Part shown: positions 40,847 through 52,900 of the stretch, piece by piece
How positions within the stretch are numbered: position 1 is the stretch's first letter
How the letters are laid out: the number at the start of each line of letters is the position of its first letter
Assembly: GCF_024521635.1 (NCBI RefSeq)
Contig: NW_026250406.1
Location: forward strand, 868,001 to 932,000
Length of the DNA: 64,000 bases
Source: Tricharina praecox
Lineage: Eukaryota
Reading direction: 5' to 3'
The notes under the pieces: model-generated
What the model saw: only the letters and a program-made list of their open reading frames with translations
Database searches by the model: none
What the model was told of the DNA's origin: nothing
Translations under genes and position numbers: made by a program

Positions 40847-42483
40847 TGGAGAAACTTGGGCCGGAGGGTTGGGTGTTGAGAGTGTGGTATGTGAATGTGT
40901 ATGTGTATGGGCTATCAGTGGGCCTGAGGAGTAATTGTTGCGAGTGGAGTAGGTATGTGTATATGTATGGGATATAAGTTGAACTGGAAGGTCGAATTGG
41001 CTTCTGTCGTGCTATGGTCTCCGCAAAACCAGGAGGAAACGGTAATGACAAGATCTTATACTGTTGAGAAACCCGAGATCTGAATCCCCCTTCCCCCCCT
41101 CCTCCTCCCGACTTGAAAGAAGACTGGAAAAGCACATCTCTGGAGGTGAATCATGAGGGCTGATGGGCGTGAATTTGCCCAGCCAGCCAGCCAGTAGTAT
41201 TATTCTTTTCTCTCTCCTGCCAAAGCCACGACGACTATGTAAGTATGTACATACTATCATGCCCCGAGTAGTCTCCGAATCCCAACTGCGGTTACGGGAT
41301 GCCCCCCTCCAAGTGAGTACAGAACTCGTTTCAGGCGAGCAAGGCAAGGCAAGGCAACATCTGCCACCCGCCGATAGAGAGAGGTATCCCCTCTCTCTGG
41401 CGCTTTATCACTTATCACCGCGTCATAGGCCTTCTAGTCAAGCGCTGGTAGAGTTGGCTTGTGATCATCGATACTCCATATCTGAGCGAGAGACACACAC
41501 ACGACCTGCCAGGTTCGGGTTCTGGCTCTGGTTCTGGGCCAGGGATTTCTTCAGAAGCACACCGATGTGTGCATACACGATCCGGAACCCGTTGTGTATG
41601 TACAGGCCCCAGGCCAACGGACTCCCGCTCCCCCCTCCGCATCTATGCACGGATGCATTGCTCTTAGGAGATTTATGTATTAGGTTGGGTTTGGTGGGGT
41701 GCGGTGGTAGTGGGGGAGGAGGGGGGTATCAGTACTCTAACGTGTGTTGGGCCAAAAAGCACTATGTATGCTCCACATAACGACCATCCAGGGTAGAAAA
41801 ACTTCCGTTTCATTGGTACCTGCGCTGCACCTCTACTAGGTTAAGTTATGCATGAATTTTTGCCGAGGAAGAAACGCCTGCCTGCGTGCTGCAGATGCGA
41901 TTGGCGGCCGGGGCCCGGTATATACGTTGTCGCTCGGTCGATCAGTCAGTCGGTGGGTCGGTCGGTCACGATAAGTTACTTACTGGTAGTTATTGCTGCC
42001 TTCGGCTATGTACAACTCAAGAGTCTACATTTAACTATATACCGTATTCGAAGCGTAACCGGGATAGTTTGGCCAGGCACGGAGTGTGCTCGGATGGCGC
42101 TATCCGATGGGTGCGGGCATGATTGGTTCGCCAGCCGAACGGGTGCGTGAATGTACGCAATCATTGTGCTCCTAGCCTCACGCTTGTGGTCTGAGGAGGT
42201 TGTTGAAGGAGAAGTGGAGGAAGTGGCTTGCGAAAGAGAAGAACATGTTTCTCTCTCTATCCACCGGACGAACGATTCATCGTTGCGGAAATCGCTGGAG
42301 AAAAAAAGAGCTTTGGAAAATGCAACGAAAGGGCATGTGAAACCCGATATGATCATGAACTAGGTAAATATAAACACATAGAAAAGCAAAGCAAAACATA
42401 ACACCTCCAAGACCAGCTTTAAAACCCCACAACCCGCAAATGCAACACGAATCAAATATCAAAACAATAAGCCGAACTCCGTC

Positions 42484-42870
42484 TCACCCCCATATAACCT
42501 CCACCGAGCATTGTCCGCACCGAGCGTGCCCGCAATCGATACAAGCCGCGACTGTAGCGTACAACCAAGGGCCGGCATAATGGGGCGACAGGCCGTGCGG
42601 ATTGTGACAGTACCAGTAGTTCTCTGGGGTCACTCGGTTGTTTTGGGATAGTTGAGATAGGTGGGATACGGATGCGGTGCAATCGATAGCGCAGTGGGTA
42701 TTGGTGATGTGGTAGTGCTCCTCGGCCGCCGTGATGTCTTTAGTAGCTTCAAGGTGCTGGGGGGACTGAAATAATGGGTCAGTTTGGATTCTTCGGCCAG
42801 TCTTGAGGGTGGTTTCTCTGGATGCAGTCTTTACCTTCTTGGTCTCGGGCGTGCCGTAGTGGGACGTCAT
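42484..42870 (-). CDS. Small putative double-zinc-finger protein, copy 3 (128 aa, intronless)
   Basis: C-terminal YWYCHNPHGLSPHYAGPWLYATVAACIDCGHARCGQC; TATATAAG at 43067-43060. Confidence 0.78.
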   Translation of the reverse strand: MTSHYGTPETKKVKTASRETTLKTGRRIQTDPLFQSPQHLEATKDITAAEEHYHITNTHCAIDCTASVSHLSQLSQNNRVTPENYWYCHNPHGLSPHYAGPWLYATVAACIDCGHARCGQCSVEVIWG

Positions 42871-45800
42871 TCTTGAGATGTAGAGATGTAGAGATGTAGA
42901 AATGTGGAGATGCTGAGTGGAGTGGTGCGAAGACTGGTGGGATTGGTAGAGGCGTCTTCCGAGCTCTGGTATATCGGCAGGGACTATGGGTCTCTGCTGC
43001 GAGTGAAGACTCGAGATGGCTTGATGAAGTTCGAATCAGTGAATACGGCCCCCTCCGAACTTATATACATCAGGACGTCGTCCTTCTCAGGAGCATACGG
43101 AGCAGACGTTTCTGACGGCCTGGAGATCATCCAGCGCCTTCTAGCAGCACAAAATCCCCCCAAGCGGGCATTCACATCCAATGCCCACGAAACAAAAAGC
43201 GGGCATCCAATGTAAAGGCACACTGGGTTCTTCCCGCGCGCGGGGGGTTCGATACTATGTACATACATACGTATGGATGGGAGTCATTCCGGATTCCACA
43301 CTTGCTGCGGACCTTTGTGCGCCCCGTAGCCCACTGGATGGGCTGGGGGTGCTCAGTGAGTAATGTAGGATTCAGGGCCTGCGGGCAGACGCTCTTTGCG
43401 CCCTTCCTCCCTCCCCTTACTCGACCCTGCCTGATATCACCCCAGACAGCCAATAGGCGAGAGCGAGCTCAGCGAACGACTGGTCCCCTCGCCCAGTCCA
43501 AATCCCTTCCCATAGCGTTGAGTCCGCACATTATTGTGCTATTGTTGTTGTTGAGGGGAAAAGGGACGTACTACTATAGACAACGGTTGCATATGAAGCC
43601 TCCATTGGGGGGACCGGTTTTCGGTGATCCGTCGTAATCATTAAACATGCGAGCAGGTTCGCAGCGTGCGCCCGTTCATCCGTCTCCTTCTCCCCCAGTC
43701 CCTCCCCCGTCCCGCCTCTTAAGTCAGAGGCACAGAAGTCTGCAGCCCCACTAAGCGCGTTGCAGCTCTAGATCGAGTGTCAACCACGGTTTTATCCGAG
43801 CGCCTGGCATGCATCATGATTTCACTTCACTTCGGTAGAGCATGATGTAGGGTTCGCACGTGAAACCCCTTTCCCCTCCCCGCAACCCTAAAAGCACTCC
43901 CAACTTTTTTTTCCTTTCTTTTTCTAATGATCACGAAGAGAGTTGATCGTCGCTGCGTTCCGGGGGCTCAGTTGGTTTCGCTGAGCCGACGTAGGTTGGC
44001 AACCCACCATTGCGGGTAGTCTAGCCGGCTTTGGACATGTGTTTGTAGGTTTTGTATGCACGCACAAATTAGCACCTTGAAGGCTTAACTGGCTTCACGT
44101 GTGAAGGGCGAGGGAAGGCGACGCCCCTAAAACAATGGGAGTCAAGGTGACGTCTCTGCAGTGTTCTCCGTGTAGATGCGCATACATTCCAAAGATACTC
44201 TGCTTACATCCCAAGTACTTGGTTCCTCGGGTCTGCGTATGATAATTTGGAATATCACGGGGCATCAGGGTTAACTATAGCATAATAGTCAATAGTGCTT
44301 TTCGCATAACATCACTCTATTCTCCTACTCACAACTCTGGTCGGGGTGCAGCCTTACGGCTATTCCGACGTCGGTTGAGGAATCCATCCAGTGGGGCACT
44401 TATGAATCATGATAACTATACGGCACACGCCGCGCTCGACCCCAATCCGGCAGAGGCACAGTTCGTTTTGAAACGGCCTTCTCCACTGAACAGCCCATTT
44501 CATACGGCGGAGGTCGTATGTACGCATGGTATACGTCTGTACGGGAAGACGGGTAGACTCCTGGAGATCTCAAAGCACTGCACCCTCCACCAACCACGGT
44601 TGCCTGGGCTATGGAGTTCGGTCCGTTCATCTACCACGCGATTCGATTCCGTAGCGACTGCCTGCACCTCCCCTTCCCCTCGCCATCTCCGCATGACGGC
44701 AATGATCACGAGTACAAATTGGGGAAGGCTATGTAGGTATCCGGGGGGTCGGAACCACGGACATTGCGGGTGGTTGGGCTGGAGCGTTCCATCGAGTATG
44801 GCATCCAATTGCTCAGTTCGGCACAACGAGATAAGGAACTTTCGGTTTCCGTTCATGACTGAGCCAGAATTTCTATCGGATCACCTCCGCACGTTCTCTA
44901 GCATCATCACGACTTTGGTGCGACTAGGTAGAAGTTCGCGGAGAATTGACCTTGTTCTTAGCTATGGATGTACCTACTAGTAGAAGCACAGAGCCCGAGG
45001 GCAGGAGAACAGGATGAAACGCCTTTGCTGTTACTAATACTTTCCACTGCGGTTGGAGAACCAGCACCTCGGGCCGTACTAGTACGCATATTCATACCAC
45101 AAATAACTTCCTTCGCTACCCTCATAAGACAATTGACAACTTCTACGAGGAATTACTGATCAGCACCTCCACCGTTCTCCCTGCCATAACCCCCTCTCGT
45201 CTCGATTGGTCCAATCCGGTAACTACAATAATGAACAACGCACAGTGTGGCTCAGTCGCTGCGCACCGGTTATTACCCTAACCCTGAAAACCAACGTCTT
45301 ACAGAATCGTCAAATGCAAACGGCCTGTCTTGTTTCTTTATTTTGCCCCAAAGAAAGTCCGGTCTCTTGGGGAGAGCGCATCGCAACATCTGTCTCACAA
45401 GTAATCTCCTCCTGCCTTACTACGAAAAGTAGGCACTAGTTAGTCAAGTCCTACATACTTCGCTGGCAGTGAATATACCCTCCCCCGCCTCCATTTGGCT
45501 GGCTCAACGGTTGTGTGATGGTTACTCACCGGCGCGGAACAACAGATCATTGCATATTCTATGTGCGCATTGCCCGTCCGCCCGCCCGGCCGTCCGGAGG
45601 CTTGCCTTTCAGCTTCGAGAACACGAGTTTGCCAGGGCAGCGAAGGGGGGAGGAGGAGGCTAGTTACCAGCCACGATCAACAAGGCTACCGGACCAGCAC
45701 TGTTGTGTTGTCATCCGTGGCGCAATTATACCTGACAAAAGACGTTGGAACCGTTGAACCTACCTAACGTACCTACGCGGCGAGAACCGACACAGCTGAA

Positions 45801-46416
45801 GTTCCGCGCAGTGCGCACCCAAATCTATTATCTCATTCCCTTTGGTTTGGTTGGGACCGTTAAGGATCGCTCATGGATGATCAGTCAGTCAAGGCTACCG
45901 TAGTATGTACATAGTAGCCCTAAGGCGAAGGGAGGGGAAGAGGGATCGCTCCGGTTGGAGAAGCTCATTTGGGGGAATGACCCCTTCATCTTCCTGTACT
46001 TTGTCACTCTGTTTGAGTGGGACGTGGCTGTCAGCGGTGACGAGCTGTCGAGCCGGCTTTCATTAGCTGTTACAAAGGCTTTCGCTCCTTAAGAAGACCT
46101 GAAGCCCCCCCTCGGATATGGCTACCTCCAAACGTTACGGAGGAATCTCCAACTACCTCCAGGAGTGGCGGTCTCCGGTACTACTGTTATCAGTGACTGA
46201 TATTCTTCGACGGGGATCCTAAGAAGCTCGATTGGTTCTGGCCTACCATCACGGCTACCAAACTATTAGTCGACACGAGACGATCGGAACAATCTCCGAG
46301 AGCGCACATAAAACGGGCACATCGAAGCCCTTTCGGTGGACGATTCCAGTCTTCCATGCACCTACATACAGAATATCCCTCACCGTCCTTGAGACTCGAG
46401 AGCCCATAGTGTCGGG

Positions 46417-46952
46417 CAGGGCTGTCAACCGTCCGTCCCGTCCGTCTTTGAGATTGCCCGGCCCGGGACGAAATTAGTCGGGCTGAGGAGACGAAGGACT
46501 ACAGTCTTCCGGGCTGGAGAAATGAGGACGGATACCCTACAGGGCCTGGAGAGTAGTCGGACACTAAGAAATTCCTTGGCAGCGGCCGGAGAAAAGGTTT
46601 TTACCCGTATCCCCCAAGCCTAGCCGAATCCCATTTTCCTCCCACCGGCAAACCCAGCCAAATCCCATTCTCACACCGACAAGTAAACCCACCACCGAAA
46701 ATCCAGCACGCCGAAAAGTTCTGCTCGGCGAAAAATTCTGCTCGGTTGCCGGTGGCCGCCGGGCCATTACTTTGTAAACTAGCAGTCAGCATTGTACGCT
46801 AATGTTATCAGGTACCTATAGGTACCTGGCGGGTATCCGGGCATTTCATCCTCCGGACGGAATGGATCAGTCCTCTGGAAAGCCTGTCCGGGACGGGACG
46901 GGACTACAGTCCACTAGTGGACTGTAGTCCGGACGGACGGTTGACAACCCTG
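46417..46952. mobile_element. Non-autonomous hAT-superfamily DNA transposon (MITE-like), 536 bp
   Basis: 22-bp TIRs CAGGG(C/T)TGTCAACCGTCCGTCC at 46417-46438 and 46931-46952 (1 mismatch); identical 8-bp flanks GTGTCGGG at 46409-46416 and 46953-46960; no transposase ORF. Confidence 0.9.
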
Positions 46953-48191
46953 GTGTCGGGCCCAGCCGGGCATACAAAAAGTTCCCTCTCCCTTCAGCAC
47001 CCTTTCCACAAAGCCCATCTCCTCTCTTAGACGGCCGCACTATAGGCAATCACCTCCGTCTTCAACCTACCCCGATAATAGTGAAGGCAATCGCTAGTCT
47101 GGACTGCTGACTCGCAGTCAAGACGGACGTGGACGATTAGTGTGAGCAGACTATTTACCTCTACCTTTGCCGAAGCGTCGTTACGGTGACTACTCCCTTC
47201 CTCTCCTCCCCTCGACGAACGTTGACCATTACCACTGGCATCTCAAGATCGTTAACTGCCCACTCAGTACATACAAACCACAGCAAAGCCGTCCTCAATC
47301 ACATCCAGTATCGATACCTCGGCGTCCCTATCCGGCCGTAACACCCCACTCCCGCCCCGACTACCACGCTGACGCATCGAGTATGCACCAATCCACACCT
47401 CCGCACCTCCATACCTACTTCACATGTCTACTGTCTACCTCTCCAATCCAATTCAATCCAATCCGATCCGATCCAACACCAAACCTAGGTAGGTACCTAG
47501 GTAGGTCTGAAAAGTTAAGGCAATCGACCGTCCAGAATTCTGAATACCTACAGACCACAGACCCTGGGTCCGGATTCCGGAAAACAGTGCTTGTGGCCCA
47601 GCGAAGCCGGCGGAGGTCGGTTGAAGCTGCGACTGACGGTAGGCACGGATGGTAGTTGCGGTACTACTACGGTACCTACCAGATATGATGCTACGGTTTC
47701 GCTATCCGTCCTGCCTCATCCCAGTCTGGGACTGTAGCGGATGTCCGCCAGCACGATGCGGGATGGTTGGCAGCCATCACAGTCATCACAGCCATCACTC
47801 GGCTCCATCCTCCATCCTCCATCCTACCTACCTCGAACCACGAACCTCAAAGACTTCTCCGCTTACAACGTACTCATACAGCCATACTCGGCTTCTCGGC
47901 TTCGAGCGCCAAATGCAGATCTACTGTATCATCTACCATCCACCATCTAGCAAGGCTGCCTCGTATCGTAGAGTCGTTGCCCCGTATACCCACTCCCAAT
48001 CCCAATGCATCCACTATGTACCTACATGATGTACCTATCTAAGTACCTATATACATCGGCGAGTCCCGGTCATCACGGTTATCAGTTATACAGGGCTGTC
48101 TGGAATGGATTTCCGCACGCTCAGCCCTTCGACTCTTCGAGCCTTCGTCGTTCGACAGCCTCGAGGCTGTCGATGTCATGCCATGTCAGAG

Positions 48192-48283
<92 letters not shown>

Positions 48284-48284
48284 C
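48192..48284. repeat. (AAC)31 perfect microsatellite
   Basis: Uninterrupted trinucleotide run of 93 nt. Confidence 0.97.
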
Positions 48285-48558
48285 GGGTACAGGTCATAAC
48301 GTCATAAATTTTCTCCTCAGCCGCCGCTCTCAGCCGCCCCCGCTCCCGCCCCCGCCGCCCCCGCCGGCCCCGCTCCCACAGATCTCCATAGCTCGAGCTA
48401 CTCTACACTACTCTACTCTACTACTCTATCCAAGTTTTTCCGATCTAGTTCTACACGCTCTGGTTCTAAACGAAACGAAATGAAGGGCAAAAGAGAAACG
48501 AAACGAAGGACAAAAAACACAAAACAAAGGCCGTGTAAAAAGCGCAAAGAAAAAAAAC

Positions 48559-48606
48559 AGAAACAGAAAACAGAAACAGAAACAGAAACAGAAACAGAAA
48601 CAGAAA
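48559..48606. repeat. (GAAACA)n hexanucleotide microsatellite in an A-rich tract downstream of zinc-finger copy 4
   Basis: About 8 tandem units, slightly imperfect. Confidence 0.85.
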
Positions 48607-49472
48607 AGCAAACAAAAACAATCCAGAAACAAAATAAAATCCCCTCCCGCCGCCGCCATCATTTCAAGTCAAATCAATTGTCAGTCTAATCCCCTCGCAC
48701 CTCGCACCTCGCACCAACCCCGAGAAAACAAACCAAAAACATAAAGCAAAAACATAAAGCAAAAACATAAAGCAAAAAAAAACGTAAGGAAATATTCCGG
48801 GCTACCCCTCGCGCGTACAGACGCATCATGCCCCCAAAGCAAAGCAAAGAAAGCCATCTACCTGATATGTTTTTGTGATGGAAACGTAGAAAACGCAGGA
48901 AATGTAGACAAATAAACCGATAAAAGGGAAGTAATAGCAAGCAAAAATAAAAAATAGAAACAAGATTAGAAACTGCGCAACAAGAAAAAGAAGAAAAGAA
49001 GGGGGAAAAAAGGAGGAAACCGTGGAAGGGAAAGGGAAAAGGAAAATCTAAAGTTTTTTCTAGTTAAACGTGAGGTAGAAAACGCAATGGTGTAAAGAAA
49101 ATGCAGCGGATAATGAGAAAGAAAGAAAAAAACAGAGGCTAAATCGATCAAGTGAATAAACGGAGGAGAGAGTGTGAAACAAGCGGAAAATAAAAGGAAA
49201 AAAGGAAAATAAAAGGAAAATAATCCAAAGCATGGAACGAGTGTGAGTGGGTGAGCCACGATCCGGGCTATGGGGCCTGCATGATGAGGGCAGGTATATA
49301 TCCCACCACCCAGGCAGTCACCATTCATCCCAAGATTGTCGGATGTCATGCGAGCCACCGTTACACGAAACCCAACCCAACCCAACTGCACACTCCGATC
49401 CGATCTCGGAGTAGATAGAGGCCTCGATCCCAGTCAAAGCGCCTCGGAAGCGCAAGGTGATTGCAGGCTCGC

Positions 49473-49975
49473 CTAGTAAGCCTGGCCCGTCGAGTAGGTC
49501 TGGCAGTTTAGACAGTGTCGGTGATTGCAAGACGGCTCGAGGCAGACGGAGGTATTTGCGAGCAACCAGGGACCGCCGTAGTGATCACGGGTCTGGAATG
49601 CTCGGCAGCAAATCCACATCATCTCACTTCCCGAAGCGGCATGGCCTTCGTTGATGTCGGTCTGGTCATCCGTCGTTTGCTCGCCGCCGTGGCTCCCGGG
49701 GCGCTCGGTCCGTGGTGGCTGCGCAGCGGGTTGAATGTGCGTTTGTTCACTGCTATTGTTCCGGCCGCGGCCCATTCGGGGCAGGTCGGCCGAGTACACA
49801 GGGTGACGGTCACCACCGTGGCTGGGAACGGCCGCAATTCGGGCGTTGAGCTCATGGAACTGGAAAGGAAGGATGATTAGTATTATAACGGTATAAGATA
49901 TGGAGGGATGGATGAACATACCGAGTCTTGGCGGCCGGAGGCACCGTTGGAAGAGGAACCTTTTCCGAGACACAT
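49473..49975 (-). CDS. Small putative double-zinc-finger protein, copy 4 (146 aa); exons 49975-49922, 49859-49473
   Basis: ATG at 49975 (MCLGKGSS...), phase-0 intron GTATGT..CTAAT..CAG (62 nt); C-terminal MWICCRAFQTRDHYGGPWLLANTSVCLEPSCNHRHCLNC; TATAAG at 50197-50192. Confidence 0.8.
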
Positions 49976-52900
49976 GGCGAATAAAGTGCGGGTGGTGGGG
50001 TAGTGGTAGTAGTGGTGGTTTGTATGTGTGTGGGGCGTGGAAGGGAGGTGAGAGGTAGAAAACGATGTCTTAGATTGAGGAGGCGGAGGGATGGTGATAT
50101 ATCTTCGTACTTGGAGTGTAGCTGGTGGTGATGCTGGTGTCTGTGTCTGTGTTGGTGGTGAGAACAATTGAAGCGGCGTTGAATACGGGTTCTTATATCC
50201 AGCAGTATCTTCGGCCTTGTTGACTCCTTCAGACCTCCAAAGTGGTGCAGCCCCACAAGTACAGCTTGCAGTGCCACAGGGAGCACATCTTGTCAACAGT
50301 AGATACGGAAAGGGCGTGCTCGATGCCCGCAACCGACGTTGTTTACCTGAAGAATAGTGTGCGAGGCCGGAGCACCAGTATTGCACGCCCCAGGTACCAC
50401 TTGGTCCAAGGACACTAAACCTCGAGACAGTAAGACCGGTTTTAGGGCCGTTCCCCAGAAGGAAACTCTTTGACCGTAACGCTGAGAACCTTCTGTCCCG
50501 CCCCGCCGCTGACCACAATCTGGCGCATCATATGCTTTCCGCCCCAAGAAGTGCGGTATCAAGTAGCGTGGACGGCAGCCGCCAAACTCAATGTGTCATC
50601 GAGAACGGCAGAGAGCACCGCCGCCGCAAGAAACCTTTAGACACACAAGGCCGAGGCAGCCAGACCGCCGATGGATCCTCCTCATGGCACACCCAGCCTA
50701 CGCTAGGAGATCCAGCCCTCCTGGCGTGTCGGTTGCTGGCGAGCAGGTTGGATGGCCCGGGCCCAAGCATAAGGTAGTTTTCAAAGCGGCAATAGATCTC
50801 TGGCTTTAGGCAACAACTGGTGCATAAGCACAAGCTCCAGACCGTGGGATGGGATGAACGGAATACATCCCCCCAGGATGCTACTTGTGTGAAGATAGGT
50901 ACGGCGCGCTGGTAGCTGCTCCCGCGCACCACAAGGTCGCAAAGAGAAAAGTGCGCAAACCAAGTAAGAAGCCTCGGTAGTAAAAGGTATGCGGGATCGC
51001 CGTGAACTGAATAAAGGCGTGCTAGTCAGTATTGATACTGCACACCGCACACCGCACACCGCAGGTTGTGTTGTGGACAGTCTTGCCGTTGCAGCCTTTG
51101 AGAAAGCCAACTGTTTTTTTCCTCTTTCAAACGTCAGCATCGAGTAGCTGGAAAAGGATATCATAAAGAAAGCATGCATATAACAACAATGATTCAACCT
51201 TGTGGTAGGTAACACTGGTAGGCAGGTACGGCACCGGAATGATGCCGAACCACTGCACCAACCATATTTGAGAAAAGGATCTCGGTTCATCGATCAGCTA
51301 TGCATACATCCATGGGGGTGGGTGGGGGGAGGGGGGGCGGGGCGGTGAGCATTGATGGGGAATGAATCACGGAGAAAATCGAACGGCTGGGCCGGTAGCT
51401 GGAAACAGACAAGCAGTAGAGACACGACAGGTACGGCAGAAACAGAGCAGAGAGCGAGCAGTGGCCGTGATCAGCCTTGAGCTGACCGAATGGTCACTCC
51501 CCTCGGGAAGTCACCAATCAAATTGCGCGCACGCAGGGGATGCTCTGCGCGTGATTTCTGCACTGCCAGTCCTAATTAGTTAGATCCCACAAGGCTGTCT
51601 TTTTTCTTCTCCTTAGCCCAAAAGGGAGTGGGGCCCACAGAGTCTCGCGCTTGCACTGCCCTGTCAAATACCTGGTATGATACCCCGAAACCGTTCGAAG
51701 CACGGGAATTCCCGTCAAATCCCGGAGGATAAACTCTGACACGAAGCTTGGTCCCTCAGGGCGTGATTCCCGCAAACATCTGGCGACGTTTTGGAAAGGC
51801 CCCGTTTGAGCTGATTCGCGGCTGTGCCCGTTGCGCCAGTGTTCGTGTAACCTAAGCGGTAGAAGTGCTACCGGAGGTCGATGTGACACAACGATATATC
51901 TAGGGGAGGAGGCAATGCTGTTGAATTGAGGCTTGCGGATACGGTGCGCGAGCACTCAGTGGGCGTGGCATCGTAGCGAGGAGTTTCCAGGAAAGAATCT
52001 TGCTATGTGCACCACTGTCGTCCCGTTTCTGCACTTACCATCCAGGCAAGAGCTTCGAGGTTGTGTGCAGTACCAATTCGGGCCCTTAGATCCGACCCCG
52101 CACCAGATGGAGCGGACATCAACCAACCTGCCAGGCCTAGGAAGGCTGCCATGGAATTAGGCTTCAGACCGCGATGAGTGGTGAGAACTGCTCGTCATAT
52201 CCGCACACGTATGATGTCTCGGTCGGTCTGGTTGTTTGCCGCCCTAATTGAAGGGCCTTCCAATCGATAATCTGTTTCGGTGAGCACGCAAGCGCCTGAA
52301 AGCGGTATTTAGCGGCTCGATCACGGCAGCCGAGCAGGCAAATGACAGCAGCCGAGCAGGCAAATGACAGCATCCGAACGCCGCAGCCTCGTTTCGTGGG
52401 ATAGTTATGGTTGTCGGGACCTCGCCCGCGCTGATAGAGGCTAGGCCGTCTCTATCCGTTCCTTGCAGTCTCCGAAAAACGGTCTCCAATGCGAAGCCTG
52501 GTGTCAGAGCCGCAAAATGCGAAGCCTGGTTTGCTGCGCGCGAGCATGTTGTCACATGGTTTGTTAATGAGAAGCGCTAACAACGTCATATCCACAGCAA
52601 CGATGGATCCAAAGTCAGTAGGTAAGTGCCTACATAGCTGTCATAGAGAGGAAGCTAGGTTGCGGGAGCTCGGCGGCGCGCTCAACCTCCTGCCAGAGCA
52701 CTGTAAGCCTGAGCGCCTCACGGCGCACTGGAGGTAATGACTGCATGGCACGCACAGCTTTCGGAGCCGAAGCCGCACAGCAGGGGCGGCATCGTAGGCA
52801 CCTATGTCCACAGCGTTCTATGCTCGCCGTTAGTTTGGTGAACGTTTGCTTGCAAGTCGAGAGAGCACTACACATGACAGCGTGGCGCTAGGGTCCGCAG

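Noticed and set aside
48005..48483. PolyQ, polyN and polyT ORFs
   Set aside because: Three frames of the (AAC)n microsatellite with no coding context.
51950..52160. Minus-strand NWYCTQPRSSC with a nearby GTAAGT
   Set aside because: No in-frame ATG and no C-x2-C-x-H-x2-C-x2-C half, so probably chance.
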